From contig OZ076409.1 in assembly GCA_964187785.1 (NCBI GenBank), forward strand, positions 83,206,001 through 83,270,000: a stretch of DNA of 64,000 nt. Direction: 5' to 3'. The notes under the pieces are model-generated. The model ran no database searches. It was not told the DNA's origin and worked only from the letters and a program-made list of their open reading frames with translations. Both the position numbers and the translations under genes were made by a program. Source of the stretch: Amphiscolops sp. MND2022 (Eukaryota). Below are positions 9,801 through 21,198 of this stretch, piece after piece; the first letter of the stretch is position 1; every line of letters starts with the position of its first letter.

Positions 9801-12000
9801 CCAACCTTCGGTAGGCAAACGTTCTGCTAGCAAAATTAAAAGCGAGAAGTTCTACTGACCTTTGATCTGCCATTTGGAGGCAGTGGTAGGCTTGGGAGCA
9901 GTCGAGTTTGCAAAACAATTGTTTCCCCGCTAGGTGTTGTGCCGCATCTGAGAGGGTGCTGATAGGGTGGTTGTTGTTGATATAGTCGTCTGAGATGAGT
10001 GCGTTGATCTTCCGCAAGTCTACAAGGAGTCGTAGTTTACCGTTGGGTTTGCGTTGCGCGAAGATAGGGCTGGCATATTTGGAGAAGGGGAGGGTGGTGA
10101 TGATCCCGTATTTATGCATTAAGGCTAGTTCCACTGTGAGGTCGTCTTTTAGGTTGATTGGTACGGGCAAGCTTTGTGTGTATACCGGGTTGTCGTTTTT
10201 GGGCGTCAGTGAGACTTTGAATTGCGTATTCATTCCGATGTCTAGCCGATGACGTGCAAAGATATCATTGAATTCAACAAGTATAGATTCTAGGTTTTCA
10301 CGGTCTTCTCCTGTTATTAGTGACTCATTCCATTTGAATAGCGAAAGAAATTGTGTTCTGGATTTTTCATCTTGTTTGGGGTCCAGTTCTTCTAATCGTT
10401 GTAATTCTCGTAGTTCTCGTAGAATGCGTTGTTGGATAGGTGTGTGTTCCGATTCATCTCCGGGATTTTCGGGAGTTGGGAACCAGAATTTCTCTTCTGT
10501 TTGTTCTGCCGAATCAACTTGCATCAGTGCGTTAACGTACGCAACAACATCGTCGTGTTCGGTGAGTAGATTGAGGGCTGCTATATCTACTGCTCGTATC
10601 GATTTCGTTTCTTCGGGTTTCAGTATTTGTAATTCTGCTAATTTTGTGTGGGGGGTTATGGTGTAGGGGAAGTCTGTTGTGTTCGCTATTTTAATAGGCA
10701 CGCGTTTATCCCGAGCTGTTGTAATTGCAGGGGCTATTATGAGTTTTGCGTTCTCATCATACTGTGGTAGGGGTTGTATAGTCCCAGTTATTGGGTGGTC
10801 AGTACTCACAGTTATGGACGCGTGTATGATCCGTGTAGATTGTGCCGGGATGGTATGTTTTTCTTCGGTTTTGACGGTGATAGGTTTGGGGTTACACTTC
10901 TGCTTTTCGTCTTTTAGGGCCAGGGTGATTTGTATTTGTGGGAAGTCGATTGTTCCCTGCGCTGTGTCTAAGATCGCGGAATGTTTCCGGAGAAATGCTA
11001 GACCTATGATTGGGAATGATGCTTTTGTCATTATGATGAAGGTTTCTTCAAACGTGTAGTCTCCGATGTTGAACTTCATCGTGTATGTTGCGAGGGCTTT
11101 TTCAAGTTCAGTATTGGCGTATTGAATTTTGAAGGGTGGCGGCGGTGCTTTTGCTGTTATGGCCGCTTTAGTTTCCTTTTAAATTTATGAGGCGCCTGAA
11201 TCTACCAGGGCGTCTATTCTGACCTTTTCGAAGTCTAGGGATATGAAGAGCATTCTCCTTTTCTTCTTTAGGGTAATTGCTGACATCAGTGGAATGTAGT
11301 CGTCGTCCTTGTCGTGTTGTATGAATTCTTTTATGACTTTGAGGTCATAAGGTAGTTGTTGTGGACATTCCGTTATTTCATCGTCTGCATTATTGTGATC
11401 TTGGGTTGGTAATGCAGTTGGTGTTGTTGGGGGTGATACTGTTTGGTCGTCTGCCCCGCGTTGTTCTTTTTCTTGTCTTGCCCATATTGTCCTATCCTCT
11501 ATGCAGATAATGTTTTCAGCATCTATGGGAGTGGACGAGGCGGCGACGGGTACTGTTGAGGACGGTTGTGTCTTTTTGAGGATTGATGGCGGCGGTGGAG
11601 GTGAATTTGTGGTTTCCGTTGTTTGAGCTTGAGGGTTGTGAACTTGGATTTTGAAAGAGAGTTTATCTGTATCATAAATTGTTGGCTCGTCCCAAGGGTC
11701 ACATCTGTAGTCTTTATCATATATGTAGATACGTTCTGTTTTTGATTCGGGTAGGGGCCTCTTGAGTGTCGCGTAATTGTCAGGCGACTCCGTTATCCAT
11801 TGGGGTAATGGTGTCGGATCATCTGGGTGTCTTGCATTGTGTCGAAGTATCATGCCTACGTTCCAGCGTCGTTGCCAGTCTTGGGTTGGTTCCTCATTGC
11901 ACTCTGTAAGGAAATCTTCTTCATATCTATTTGGGGGATCCTGTATCGTGTATGCCCTTGCGTCTACCGTTTCCCCGAAGCGGAGGCGCGGCGTTTTTAG
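6817..12000 (-). CDS. pol: Pol of element A (PR, RT, RNase H, integrase), reached by a -1 frameshift; lesion with two stops just after the protease active site
   Basis: Motifs ALVDSGA (PR), QYVDDIG (RT), TDAS (RH), HHCC + DDE (VDIL, TDKGSQF, ERTH) and GPY. ORFs 11185..11853 and 6817..11079 share a frame, separated by TAA at 11185-87 and 11179-81. Confidence 0.93.
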
Positions 12001-13406
12001 TTTTTTGGCTGGATTTCAACAGTGGGGATCGGTTGTTCACTGATGTGGCTGGTAGGTATGGTAAATTCATGGCGTTTCTTTCTGGGGTCATTTGCCGCAT
12101 TAGCCCCGTACCAGCAGTTTTCAGTTTTGTGAAGTTTTCCGCAAGTGTCACATTTAGGTTTGGGCGGGTCATTTGTATTGGTAGAACCGTTTTGCGCTTT
12201 AGTTTCGTAGTAGCGGTCTTTGCGAAGTTTTCTGCATTGGGCTTTGTAGTGGCCGTATTTTCCACAGTGGAAGCAATTTCCTCGTTGGGCGGGCTCTTTT
12301 TTCGGTTCCGTGGGAGCAACGTCGACCGTGTTTAGTGGAACTAATATTGTTTCGTCGGGGGCGCCTAGGCCATTAAGGCGCATCTCTCTTTCGAGATGGA
12401 GGACAATGTCGTTGTACGGCTTGTCTTCGAGGTAGGCACGGTTGAGAATCTTTTTGACATGGTCCGGCATTTTTGCGTATATTGCCTTGTCTATGAATTT
12501 TTGTGCCTCTGGACCAAACGCTTCTTTTGCGGTTTTTTGCAGGACATCCAGGAATTCATGTAATTTTTGCTTAGTGGGGTCAAAGTGTAGTGCGTCCCAT
12601 TCACATCGCGCTTTTGCAGAGGATTGGAAGTCGCCAAAGCGTCGTTTGAAGGCCGTTATGACTTCTTCCAAGTTGTCTTTTTTGGTATCGTCCAGGTTAC
12701 AGTACGCTTGAAGTGCGTTTCCTCTCAGGAGTGAGTGGAAATAATTTATTTTTTGGAGTTCAGTTAAGTGGGGATACATTTTGATGTTGTTTCGGAATAA
12801 GTCTTCGAAAAGTTCGAATTTTTCTGACTTACCGTCGAACACGGGAAGTGAAGCTGTGAGTGCTTTCGGCATTGGGAGTAGGTTTGTCGATGGGAATGTC
12901 TGCGGTTGTGGTGCGAACAGGATTTTTGATGTAGTTGGACGTTCTTTCGATTGGTCGTTAGATGCGCGGTGTTTTGGCCTTTTGGTGGGCTGGTTTGTAG
13001 AGTCATTGAGGACTCCTGTCACCATGTTGCGACTGTTTATCGGGGTAGTTTTAGAAGCAGTCGCAGTAGTTTTATTTCTGATCGGAGTTGAAGTTGCGTT
13101 TTCCGGAATGTTTTCGGGATCAGAATCAGACTCTTCCGCTGTTCTTATTGCAGGTTGTTTTTTAGCGGTTGGGGCGATTAGTCTTAGCATTTCCTTCTGG
13201 TTCTCAGCTAAGATTTTACTAAGATCAGACATTATTTCCTTTCTTAGTGATGATTTTATTTCCTCTAAGTTATCTGCAGAGACTTTAGGAGATTTGCTTG
13301 TACCAGCTACAGGATTTACACTCGGAGTGTTTTCGGGTAGAGGAGTTTCTATTTCAGTTGAAATAAGCTCTTCAGCTGCTTTTCTCTTTTGACTTCTAGT
13401 GGTCAT
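11997..13406 (-). CDS. gag: Gag of element A, 469 aa; ATG lies inside the 5' LTR
   Basis: Capsid-like LPVFDGKSEKFELFEDLF region and knuckles CFHCGKYGHYKAQC and CDTCGKLHKTENC. Ends in the slippery sequence A AAA AAC TAA. Confidence 0.92.
   Translation of the reverse strand: MTTRSQKRKAAEELISTEIETPLPENTPSVNPVAGTSKSPKVSADNLEEIKSSLRKEIMSDLSKILAENQKEMLRLIAPTAKKQPAIRTAEESDSDPENIPENATSTPIRNKTTATASKTTPINSRNMVTGVLNDSTNQPTKRPKHRASNDQSKERPTTSKILFAPQPQTFPSTNLLPMPKALTASLPVFDGKSEKFELFEDLFRNNIKMYPHLTELQKINYFHSLLRGNALQAYCNLDDTKKDNLEEVITAFKRRFGDFQSSAKARCEWDALHFDPTKQKLHEFLDVLQKTAKEAFGPEAQKFIDKAIYAKMPDHVKKILNRAYLEDKPYNDIVLHLEREMRLNGLGAPDETILVPLNTVDVAPTEPKKEPAQRGNCFHCGKYGHYKAQCRKLRKDRYYETKAQNGSTNTNDPPKPKCDTCGKLHKTENCWYGANAANDPRKKRHEFTIPTSHISEQPIPTVEIQPKN
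13012..13024 (-). promoter_or_regulatory. Primer binding site of element A (TGGTGACAGGAGT; tRNA-Leu-like, tentative)
   Basis: TGG directly follows the LTR-terminal CA. The same motif occurs in B (22207-22219) and C (27100-27111). Confidence 0.8.
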
Positions 13407-15110
13407 TTTCAGAGTTCAAGAGCAAGGTCTTCGGAAATATTTAAATTCGTCGAAGAAATTGAGTTTTCGTTGTTATAACGGAACAGAGTTATTAGCAGTA
13501 GAACAAAAGATTGATTAAATTTTACATGAAGATTCTAGCTATATATACCTTTCAAGCATCATTTGTTCCTCACCTAAAAATTCCTAGGAATCCCTAAAAT
13601 CCGTTTTGTTCACTAAAAATGCTTAATCATCCATATCATTTCAACCCTTTAATTAATTGTTCACAATTTTAAATTCCTAGTTACGGTTCCCTTACGAAGT
13701 ACTTGTTGAAATCATTTTTGTTCAACACTCCCATTTCCGGTTTCATCACGGAAAAGGCGGCAAAATAAATGCCTAGTTTGAATTTCTATCGCAAAAGGCA
13801 CGCTGACGTGAACAATGATTCACTCACTGTCTAGCGAAGAACATCCGTTCGCAACAAAAGTATGACAAGCAAAAATGGTTACGGAAATATTGCGGATGAA
13901 TTTTAGACTAAAGTGTTAAACATTTTGGAAAGGAACAAATGATGCTGGGGAGTAATTAGCACATATCAGGGATTGAGTTATCGTAATAAAACACAACTTT
14001 AGATTGTAATTTACATGCAACAATTGGGCTAAATATTCTAACTGTAATTTACATGCGTAGATTGGGTTAAATAATATAACAAACATAATTCACCACAAAC
14101 TTCAACAAACATAAAATACCGTTTCAACAACGGAGAGCACCTGTTTCACATATTTTCTTCTGTCTTGATCTGCAACACGAATGTTTTAATTGATCACGAA
14201 ACGGGACAAATCCGGATGGAAAAAGTGAAAACTTGTAATGTTTTGAATATTTTAGTATGATTCTACATGTTCTCAGGAATGTCTTGATGTATTAGAATAT
14301 TCTCTGAGTCTTAGGATTTTCCACGGTTGTTTTACATGTATTAACATTAGGTATAGCTTCATCTATTACAATTTGCTCCGTAAACGCCCCGTAAATGCTC
14401 CGTACGTATTGAGATTGAGTGTAGCTTTCTTAGCTGCTAGCGGAACAAACTCGGAGTAAATTCGCCATCTTTAAATTCATTCTTAGTGACGTCATCGGAG
14501 TGGTTTCTTACTAGCGTGAGCGCAAATATACCGGTCTTAGCAGCGACGCTATTGGTCCGTAAAAATAGAAATACCTGTTACTTGTTTATCTGAGCGACGC
14601 TGTCATAACGTTGTAAAAGTTTGCTCAGGTTACTTGACTGTAATTTGAGAGGCTTTCTTACAACTACTTCAGATTCCAAATTGAATCTGCTATACTATTT
14701 TGATGTTCTTTTCATTTTAGATCGTATGAGTTCCGTTGGGATTACGGAATTAAATATTGTTTTAGTGTTTTCATTTCAGTGTGGAAAGGAGAGAAATGAT
14801 CCCAGCGTTATGAGTGTTTTTCTTTCTTAATATTTAGATTGGCATGCAATTTTCAGCCGTTGAAACCGGAAGTAACAAAAATGTTTACATGTGAAAACAT
14901 TAAACCGGAAATCTTATTTTGCTTAAAATCATTTTGGATACTTTCACGTAACGCTTCCGTGGATTTTAATTCGTGTTGCAGTCTAGACAAAGGTGAGTTA
15001 ATGTATAAAGTTTACTTAACACTGCGTAATTCTTCCGTGTCCTCTCCCTCTTGCGAATTTTGGGATTCCTCCGCAGCAAGAAAAATCCCGACCGGGAGCG
15101 GGTCGTGACA
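13025..15110 (-). repeat. 5' LTR of element A (about 2086 bp)
   Basis: TG...CA termini. The right boundary comes from the repeat end; the left boundary is inferred from the PBS and by analogy with B and C, where both LTR copies confirm it. Confidence 0.85.
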
Positions 15111-15213
15111 ACTATTTTGGTCACTTCAGGTGTATCAAAAAAAATACAAAAAACACTGACCAAAAGCCATGACTATAGTCGAATCTTTTCTCTAGAGAAG
15201 CGCCGACTAAAAA
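15111..15213 (-). mobile_element. End of a Helentron-associated (HINE/DINE-1-like) non-autonomous element flanking element A
   Basis: Terminal hairpin motif AGTCG..CTTTTC TCTA GAGAAGCGCCGACTAAAAA, as at 24832-24870 and 56404-56441. Confidence 0.55.
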
Positions 15214-15758
15214 CGAAGTCTTTAGGTCCGAAGAGGTCCCCTCTTTGGTTTTATTTGGTACTGTGGAGTTTTTTTCATGCTTGCGAATGTACACGAAAAA
15301 TCAAATAGTCTCCCTTTATGTTTAATCGGCACGATGCTTCCTTTTTCCGATTTCTCATCAGACGCCCATCACTTTTTTGCAGAATCAAAGCTTCGTCAGA
15401 GATTGCAGGGCCCTTCGAAGTTTTTGAGCTCTATGTGACTTGTTAAAAATACTTTTACGAGATAACATTGTAACAAGACGAGAACGTCTGAAGTCGGCGC
15501 TATATCTAAGGCTCAAAAAGCGCAGAACATTTTTTGGAAAAAGTTTTCGAAATTCTTTATCTTTCGGAAAATGTCGCATAGTGCCAAAAAATGTAAGAGG
15601 GGGGACCCCTTGGGCTTTATTAACAAATATTCTGTTGCAAAATATCAAAAAACTTGAAAGGGGGACTCTTTGAGACATTAAAGACTTTTCGAAAAAAGTC
15701 GCACGATGCCAAAAAAAATCGAAGGGGGGGACTTTGGTCTCGTCCGGTTTTGGAGATT

Positions 15759-17586
15759 TGTTACGACTACTACACGAGTCGTTGTTTTGGGTGGAGTTAA
15801 TTCTAACTGATTTAGTTGGGGTATAGAAACTCCTAGTTTCGTTCTCTGTTTCTTCTTCAGTGCTTTCCCTAACGTTTTCTCTTATTTCAGGCTTGAGGAG
15901 CCTAGGTATTGGTTTTCTACAAGGAGATTTTCGATCTCGGACGTGAACTCTTCCTTCAGAGAGGCTCGTAATATTTCTAAGAGGCTACCCTCTATTCTCG
16001 GAGATTTCGGTCTTGACGGGCCTGCATCGCCTACTTCTTGGTCTAAAGGAGAAGAGTTTTCTACCATGACCGGTGAAACAAAACCTTCACTTACGTTTTC
16101 AACAACCTCCTGCTGGTTGTTTCTTCTTTTCTGACTTCTAGTTGTAGACATCTTGTTGAAAATACTTCGATTTTGTAATTTCAATTGATTTCTGAGAGTT
16201 TATTTCAACTGAGTTGAGACAAGACAGAGGAAAGTTTTAGCAACTATATATCGCAAAAACAAACGACTGAGTCCCTTAATCATCAAATTCTATCGTATTT
16301 ATACCCTCCCAGCATCATGTGATCACGACTAAAATCCCTAATTTTCCTCGAACACATAGTCATTTCCTGTTTCATCGATGAAAAAATCATGAAGTTCCCG
16401 AAATTGCGTCCACATTTTGTCAAATTTTAAGACACGACTACAATTTTCCGATATTAGTCACTTATCACGAACATATCATTTCATCCCGGCGCCCTTTTGC
16501 TTCCTCCCAAACAGAAAGTAGATATTACTTCAGTCTATCAAACCGGAAATGATTCCGTTTTCCTGTTTGGTTCGCAGAGATGTCGCCGACGTGAACAACT
16601 AATACCTGATGATAATTTGAGGAAGTTATGACTAATTTCCAAACTATGATTGCCTAAGCGATGTTAGGACAATTTTTTATGGATTTGGACTCACTCTTTA
16701 TGTTTGAATTAAGATTAGAATCGTAATATTAAATACATTCATCATCAACAATTTAGTCCTGACCGGAAAAGTGCGACAAGTTTATGTATTAGATTCAACG
16801 AAACATGAAAATTTCAAACGTCAACTTGAAAAGTAGTAAAGGGATGAGAGCGCCTTCTATCCTCAGATTCACTTATGAGATAGCACACAATTCATAGTAC
16901 CCAGTAAATATAGGGTTTTATAAATCTCGATGGTTTAAAAGCACATTAAATATAAAACCAACATGTTATCAAACGTCGTATAAAATAGACTGGTACAAAT
17001 GTTTAGCAAATAATAAGTTTACAGGTTACATCATTGTTGGGGGTAAAGAAAATACCTTTTTGTCACGCAAATTTGGTTGTTTATCCATTAGTGAAAAACA
17101 TAAACTGTGACTCTACCTAGGATCAGAAAAGAAACTCATCGATTCTACGCCAATTACCGCGTTTAGAATAAGGACAATTTAATTTATGAGGAACTATCTC
17201 AAAGCCTACATTTTATTTCTTTAACTAGGAAGGTTAGTGGAATATTTATTTTATAACTTCGGTTGAATCGTAAATGTTAATTCCTCTGAAATTACGGCCT
17301 AAAACGGTGAATTCCCCAATCATTTTGGTGAAAATATTTAATTCGTCTAATTTCATAAACTTGTCAACGTCATGTTGACGAGTTTTTTTGGCAGAATTTA
17401 AGCTTCATAAACTTGTCAACGTCATGTTGACGAGTTTTCTTGGCAGAAATGAGACTTTGACTAGTTTCACGTAATGCTGACGAGTATTTTTAAATAGGTT
17501 CTAGCTAGTTGGCTGCCGGCTTCATACTGGCGGAAAATTGGAATGATTTCTAATAATGCTATTAGTATAGGCGGATAATTGGAATG
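15759..17586 (-). repeat. 3' LTR of element B, missing its first approximately 590 bp
   Basis: Aligns to 22220..24063. At 17586 it is fused directly to integrase zinc-finger-coding sequence. Confidence 0.88.
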
Positions 17587-20500
17587 TTTTGTTGATCATT
17601 TCCGGCCGAATTTGGCTATTGTTGATCTTCTTTTCTTTGATGCTATCTTCGCATTGCATTACCCACTGTTTGATTCCTTTTGCGAGGCCTGGTTAGTAGT
17701 ATTTCGATCTGCATTCTTGCATCATTCTGGTGATCCCTGGGTGTTTTCCCATTTGTCCGTGGATTGCTTTTAAAAGTTCAGCGATCAGGTGTTCGGGGAT
17801 TAGTATTTGATGACGAGTGACTTGACCACACTCCCCGTAATATTTGCGCATTAGGATGCCATCTTTGACTATTAGTCTGTTTTCATGAACTAAAAGACGC
17901 TTGGCTGTCGGGTCGGTTTGTAGGTGGTGTTTGTTTTATTCTTCACAAATCAGTTTTCTTTTGATTGCTTTGAAGACTAAATTTGAATCTTGTTCGACTC
18001 TGATACGTGCGTATTCTTTGATTGCCCCAAAGGTGTATGACGCTTTGTTTATCGAAATTGGGTTTGTTTCCTCAATGGCTAGTTTTATTTTTGTCGGCGC
18101 CTCGTCGTGTGCCTTTTGTTGAGCCCGTTCTTTCTGTAGGAGGATTTCGTCCTCAGTTTCGATTGTTTCGTCGGGTAGGAAGATTAGTGGTTTTTTGTCT
18201 GCAACGTCTGTAGATTGTAGGTTTACCTGTTTTGGTCGAATTGTGATGTCTTTTCTGATCTTAAATTCGACTCTTTCTTTGGGATTGAGGTCGATTCTTG
18301 ATAGGAAATCTGCTGCGGTATTTTGCGTTCCCGCTACGTGCATGGTGTGGAAGTTGCATTGTAGCACATAGTCGCATGCCTTCCATAGTGTCGGGGGGAT
18401 GGCTTTTGTTTGAAAGAATCTTGTCATTGATCTTTTGTCAGTCATGACAAATGTTGGTAGGGTTGCTTCCCATAGGATGTGGCTGTATTCCAAGAAGGCG
18501 TGGTAAATTGCCAAAAATTCCTTGCAGTAGTTAGACATTTTTAGTTGGGCAGGTGAAAACACTTTCGAACCAGATGCAACTGGGCGAAAGATTTCTTTTT
18601 TGAGTTGATCTTTTTATTGTTGTCTTCCTCTATCATTAGCGCATATCCCGAAGCGCGAAAACTTGCGTCGGTCATTAACACGTATTAGCGTCCTGTGATC
18701 AGCTGTTTCAGGGCCAAACCACATGCTTCTGCTAGTGCTGCGTTGATCGCTTTGTAATTGTCCAGGAGTTCTTCGGTTACTTTGATTTGTTTGTCTGCTT
18801 TTAAAAGGCCGTAGAAACTGATTAGTTTTTCGGACAACCGCGGTTTGTAGTTTAGGTAGCAGTTGACGAAGCCAATGTATCTTTGTACTTGTTTCTTGGA
18901 TTTAGGGAATCTTACGTTCGCCAGGAATTTTTGAATTTTATGGTCCTGGGGAGCGATTCCTTGTGGAGTTATTGTACGTCCAAGGAATTCGACTTCAGTC
19001 ACTCCAAAGTGACATTTTTTGATGGTTAACTTTAGTCCTGCGTGTCTGATGCATTCAAAAACGGCTCTGATGTTGCGTATCAGTTGCGTCACGGAGTTGG
19101 CAGCTATGCCAATGTCGTCCACATAATGTGCACACTGGTCAGCTTTGATCACTTTGTCTAAGTATTCTCTCATGAAGCTTGAGAATGCTGACAGGGCTCT
19201 GCTTAGTCCTTGTGCCAGGCGTTTGTACGCAAATGTTCTGCTTGCGAAGTTGAATGCCAGCATTTCAATGGATCTTTGGTCTGCTATTTGTAAGCAATGG
19301 TATGTCTGGGAGCAGTCTAGCTTGCAGAATACTTTTTCCCGGCTAGATGCTGTGCCGCGTTTGATAAAGTCCTGACCGGATGATTGTTGTTGATGTAATC
19401 ATCTGAGATAAGCGCGTTGATCTTTCGTAAGTCGACAAGTAGACGCAACGTTCCATTTGGTTTGAGCTGTGCGAAAATCGGGCTGGCATATTTTGAAAAT
19501 GGCAGAGTCGTGATTATGCCGTATCTGTGCATTAGTGCTAGTTCGACTGTTAGGACTTCTTTTAAATTGACTGGTACTGGTAGGCTTTGGGTGTAGATTG
19601 GTCGTTCGTCTTTTGGCGTCAGTTTTACTTTGAAGTTGTTATTGATGCTCATGTCGAGTCGATGGCGCGCAAAGATGTCTTTATATTCGACTATCGTTTC
19701 TTCAAGCTGTTTCCTGTCATTGCCTTCAATTTGTGATCCTTCCCATTGGAGCATGTCAAGGATTTCTTTCTTGACTCCTGATCTTTCGTTGGGTCTAATG
19801 TTTCTTTTTGGATGTGTTCACGGATTTTTTCAGTATTCTTCGTTGTATTGGTGTGTGTTCCTCTTCGTTTCCTGGGTTTTCAGGTGTGGGGAACCAGAGG
19901 TTTTTGTCATTCTGTTCGTTCTTTTTGGATATCATGAGTTCGTTCACATACATATGTGTGTCGTCATGGTCTTGTAGTAGTTTGAGGGCAGCGGCGTCGA
20001 TTGGTCGAATTTTTTTGTGTCTTCTGGTTGAGGATTTGCATTTCCGCTAATTTCGTGTGATTTTTTATTGGGTGAGGAAAATCTGTCAGGTTGGCTACTC
20101 TGATGTTTAGTCTTTTGTTGTGGGCGGTTGCCAATGCTGGTGCGACGATGATTGCAGCTGTTTCATCGAATTGTGGTAGTGGTTGCATCGCACCGGTGAC
20201 GTCGTTCATGTTGGCCGTGATTACCACAGCGTTTACAGTTGTTGTCTGCCGGGGTAACAGTGTTTGATTTCCTTCTGCTATTACTTGTAAAGGCTTTGGG
20301 TTGCAGTTTTTCATTTGGTCTGTCATAGCTAACGTCATTTCAACGTGTGGGAATTTGATAGTACCGTTAGCTGTATCGATCACTGCCTGGTGGTTTCGCA
20401 TGAAGTTCAGTCCTATGATAGGGAAAGACGTTTTCGATAGTATGACGAAGGTGTCCGTGAACCTGTAAGTCCCGATGTTGAATTCTATGTCGGCTGTGGC

Positions 20501-21198
20501 TATCGGTTGTTCCAATTGGGCAATTGCGCATTCAATTTTGAAGGGACGTTGAGGATATTCTTTTATGACGCAACTGTCACTGTTCATTTTAATTGCATTG
20601 TAGTCTGACCAAGACATGGCATTGATGAACGCGCCTGAGTCGACGAGTCCATCCATTGTTATTTCGCCGAATTCGAGCGGTAGATACAACATTCTTCGTC
20701 TTTTCTGGAGTACTATGGTCGAGTGAAGTGGTAGGTATGTTTCTCCGTCTTTTTCGGCTACATTGATTCTTTGATTGAGTTTCGGCTACAATTCTTTAAT
20801 TGCGTTAAGTGAGGTGGGAAAATCGTCCGGGAAACTGGGTATTCTGGCGTTGCTGTAGGGATCTACTTCGGTTGTTTGTGGCGAGGGTTGTTCGTCTGGG
20901 GCGTTTTCGCTTTGTGATGCAATTGTGTGTTCTTCGGTGATGAGGGGAGGCTGAGAAGGGAGATTCATGTGGTGTTTGTCGTCTCCTCTATAATCTTTAT
21001 CCTGGGGTAAGGTTCCTTCTGTTCTATTTGTGCGAGTGGTCTTTTTATGGAGGCGAGTGCTTGTCGTCTCAGCCAGTCTTCCGTCGGTGTACCATTGAAT
21101 TCTATTGTTGTGTCTTTGGCGTATGTGGTGGGGGGATCGTCTGTTGAATACGCCCTCGCGTCTACTTTTTCCCCGATGCGCAAGCGCGGCGTAATTAG
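17587..21198 (-). pseudogene. pol: Pol of element B (PR, RT, RH, N-terminus of IN), fragmented
   Basis: GLVDSGAFINA, HYVDDIG and NTAADFLSR motifs lie in separate ORFs 19964-20692, 19317-19754, 18685-19263 and 17936-18562. Confidence 0.9.

Larger units (their letters stand above)
1..15110 (-). mobile_element. Ty3/Gypsy LTR retrotransposon A with accessory gene cassette (3' LTR runs off the left edge of the window)
   Basis: Direct repeat 1..1388 = 13723..15110 (offset 13722). The LTR starts TGTCACGA at 15110 and ends TCGCAACA at 13025, followed by PBS TGGTGACAGGAGT. It has gag with CCHC knuckles and pol in PR-RT-RH-IN order. Confidence 0.95.

Noticed and set aside
11179..11187. Programmed readthrough in the element A protease
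   Set aside because: Two stops plus about 10 missing codons relative to B inside the protease fold indicate damage.
6851..13392. Plus-strand ORFs opposite gag/pol (e.g. 6851-7267, 8501-8947, 10268-10666, 12781-13392)
   Set aside because: Antisense shadows of long coding frames, with no independent motifs.
1..15110. Repeat 1..1388 / 13723..15110 as an assembly artefact or segmental duplication
   Set aside because: It ends at a TG..CA terminus and flanks a PBS, gag and pol, so it is an LTR pair.
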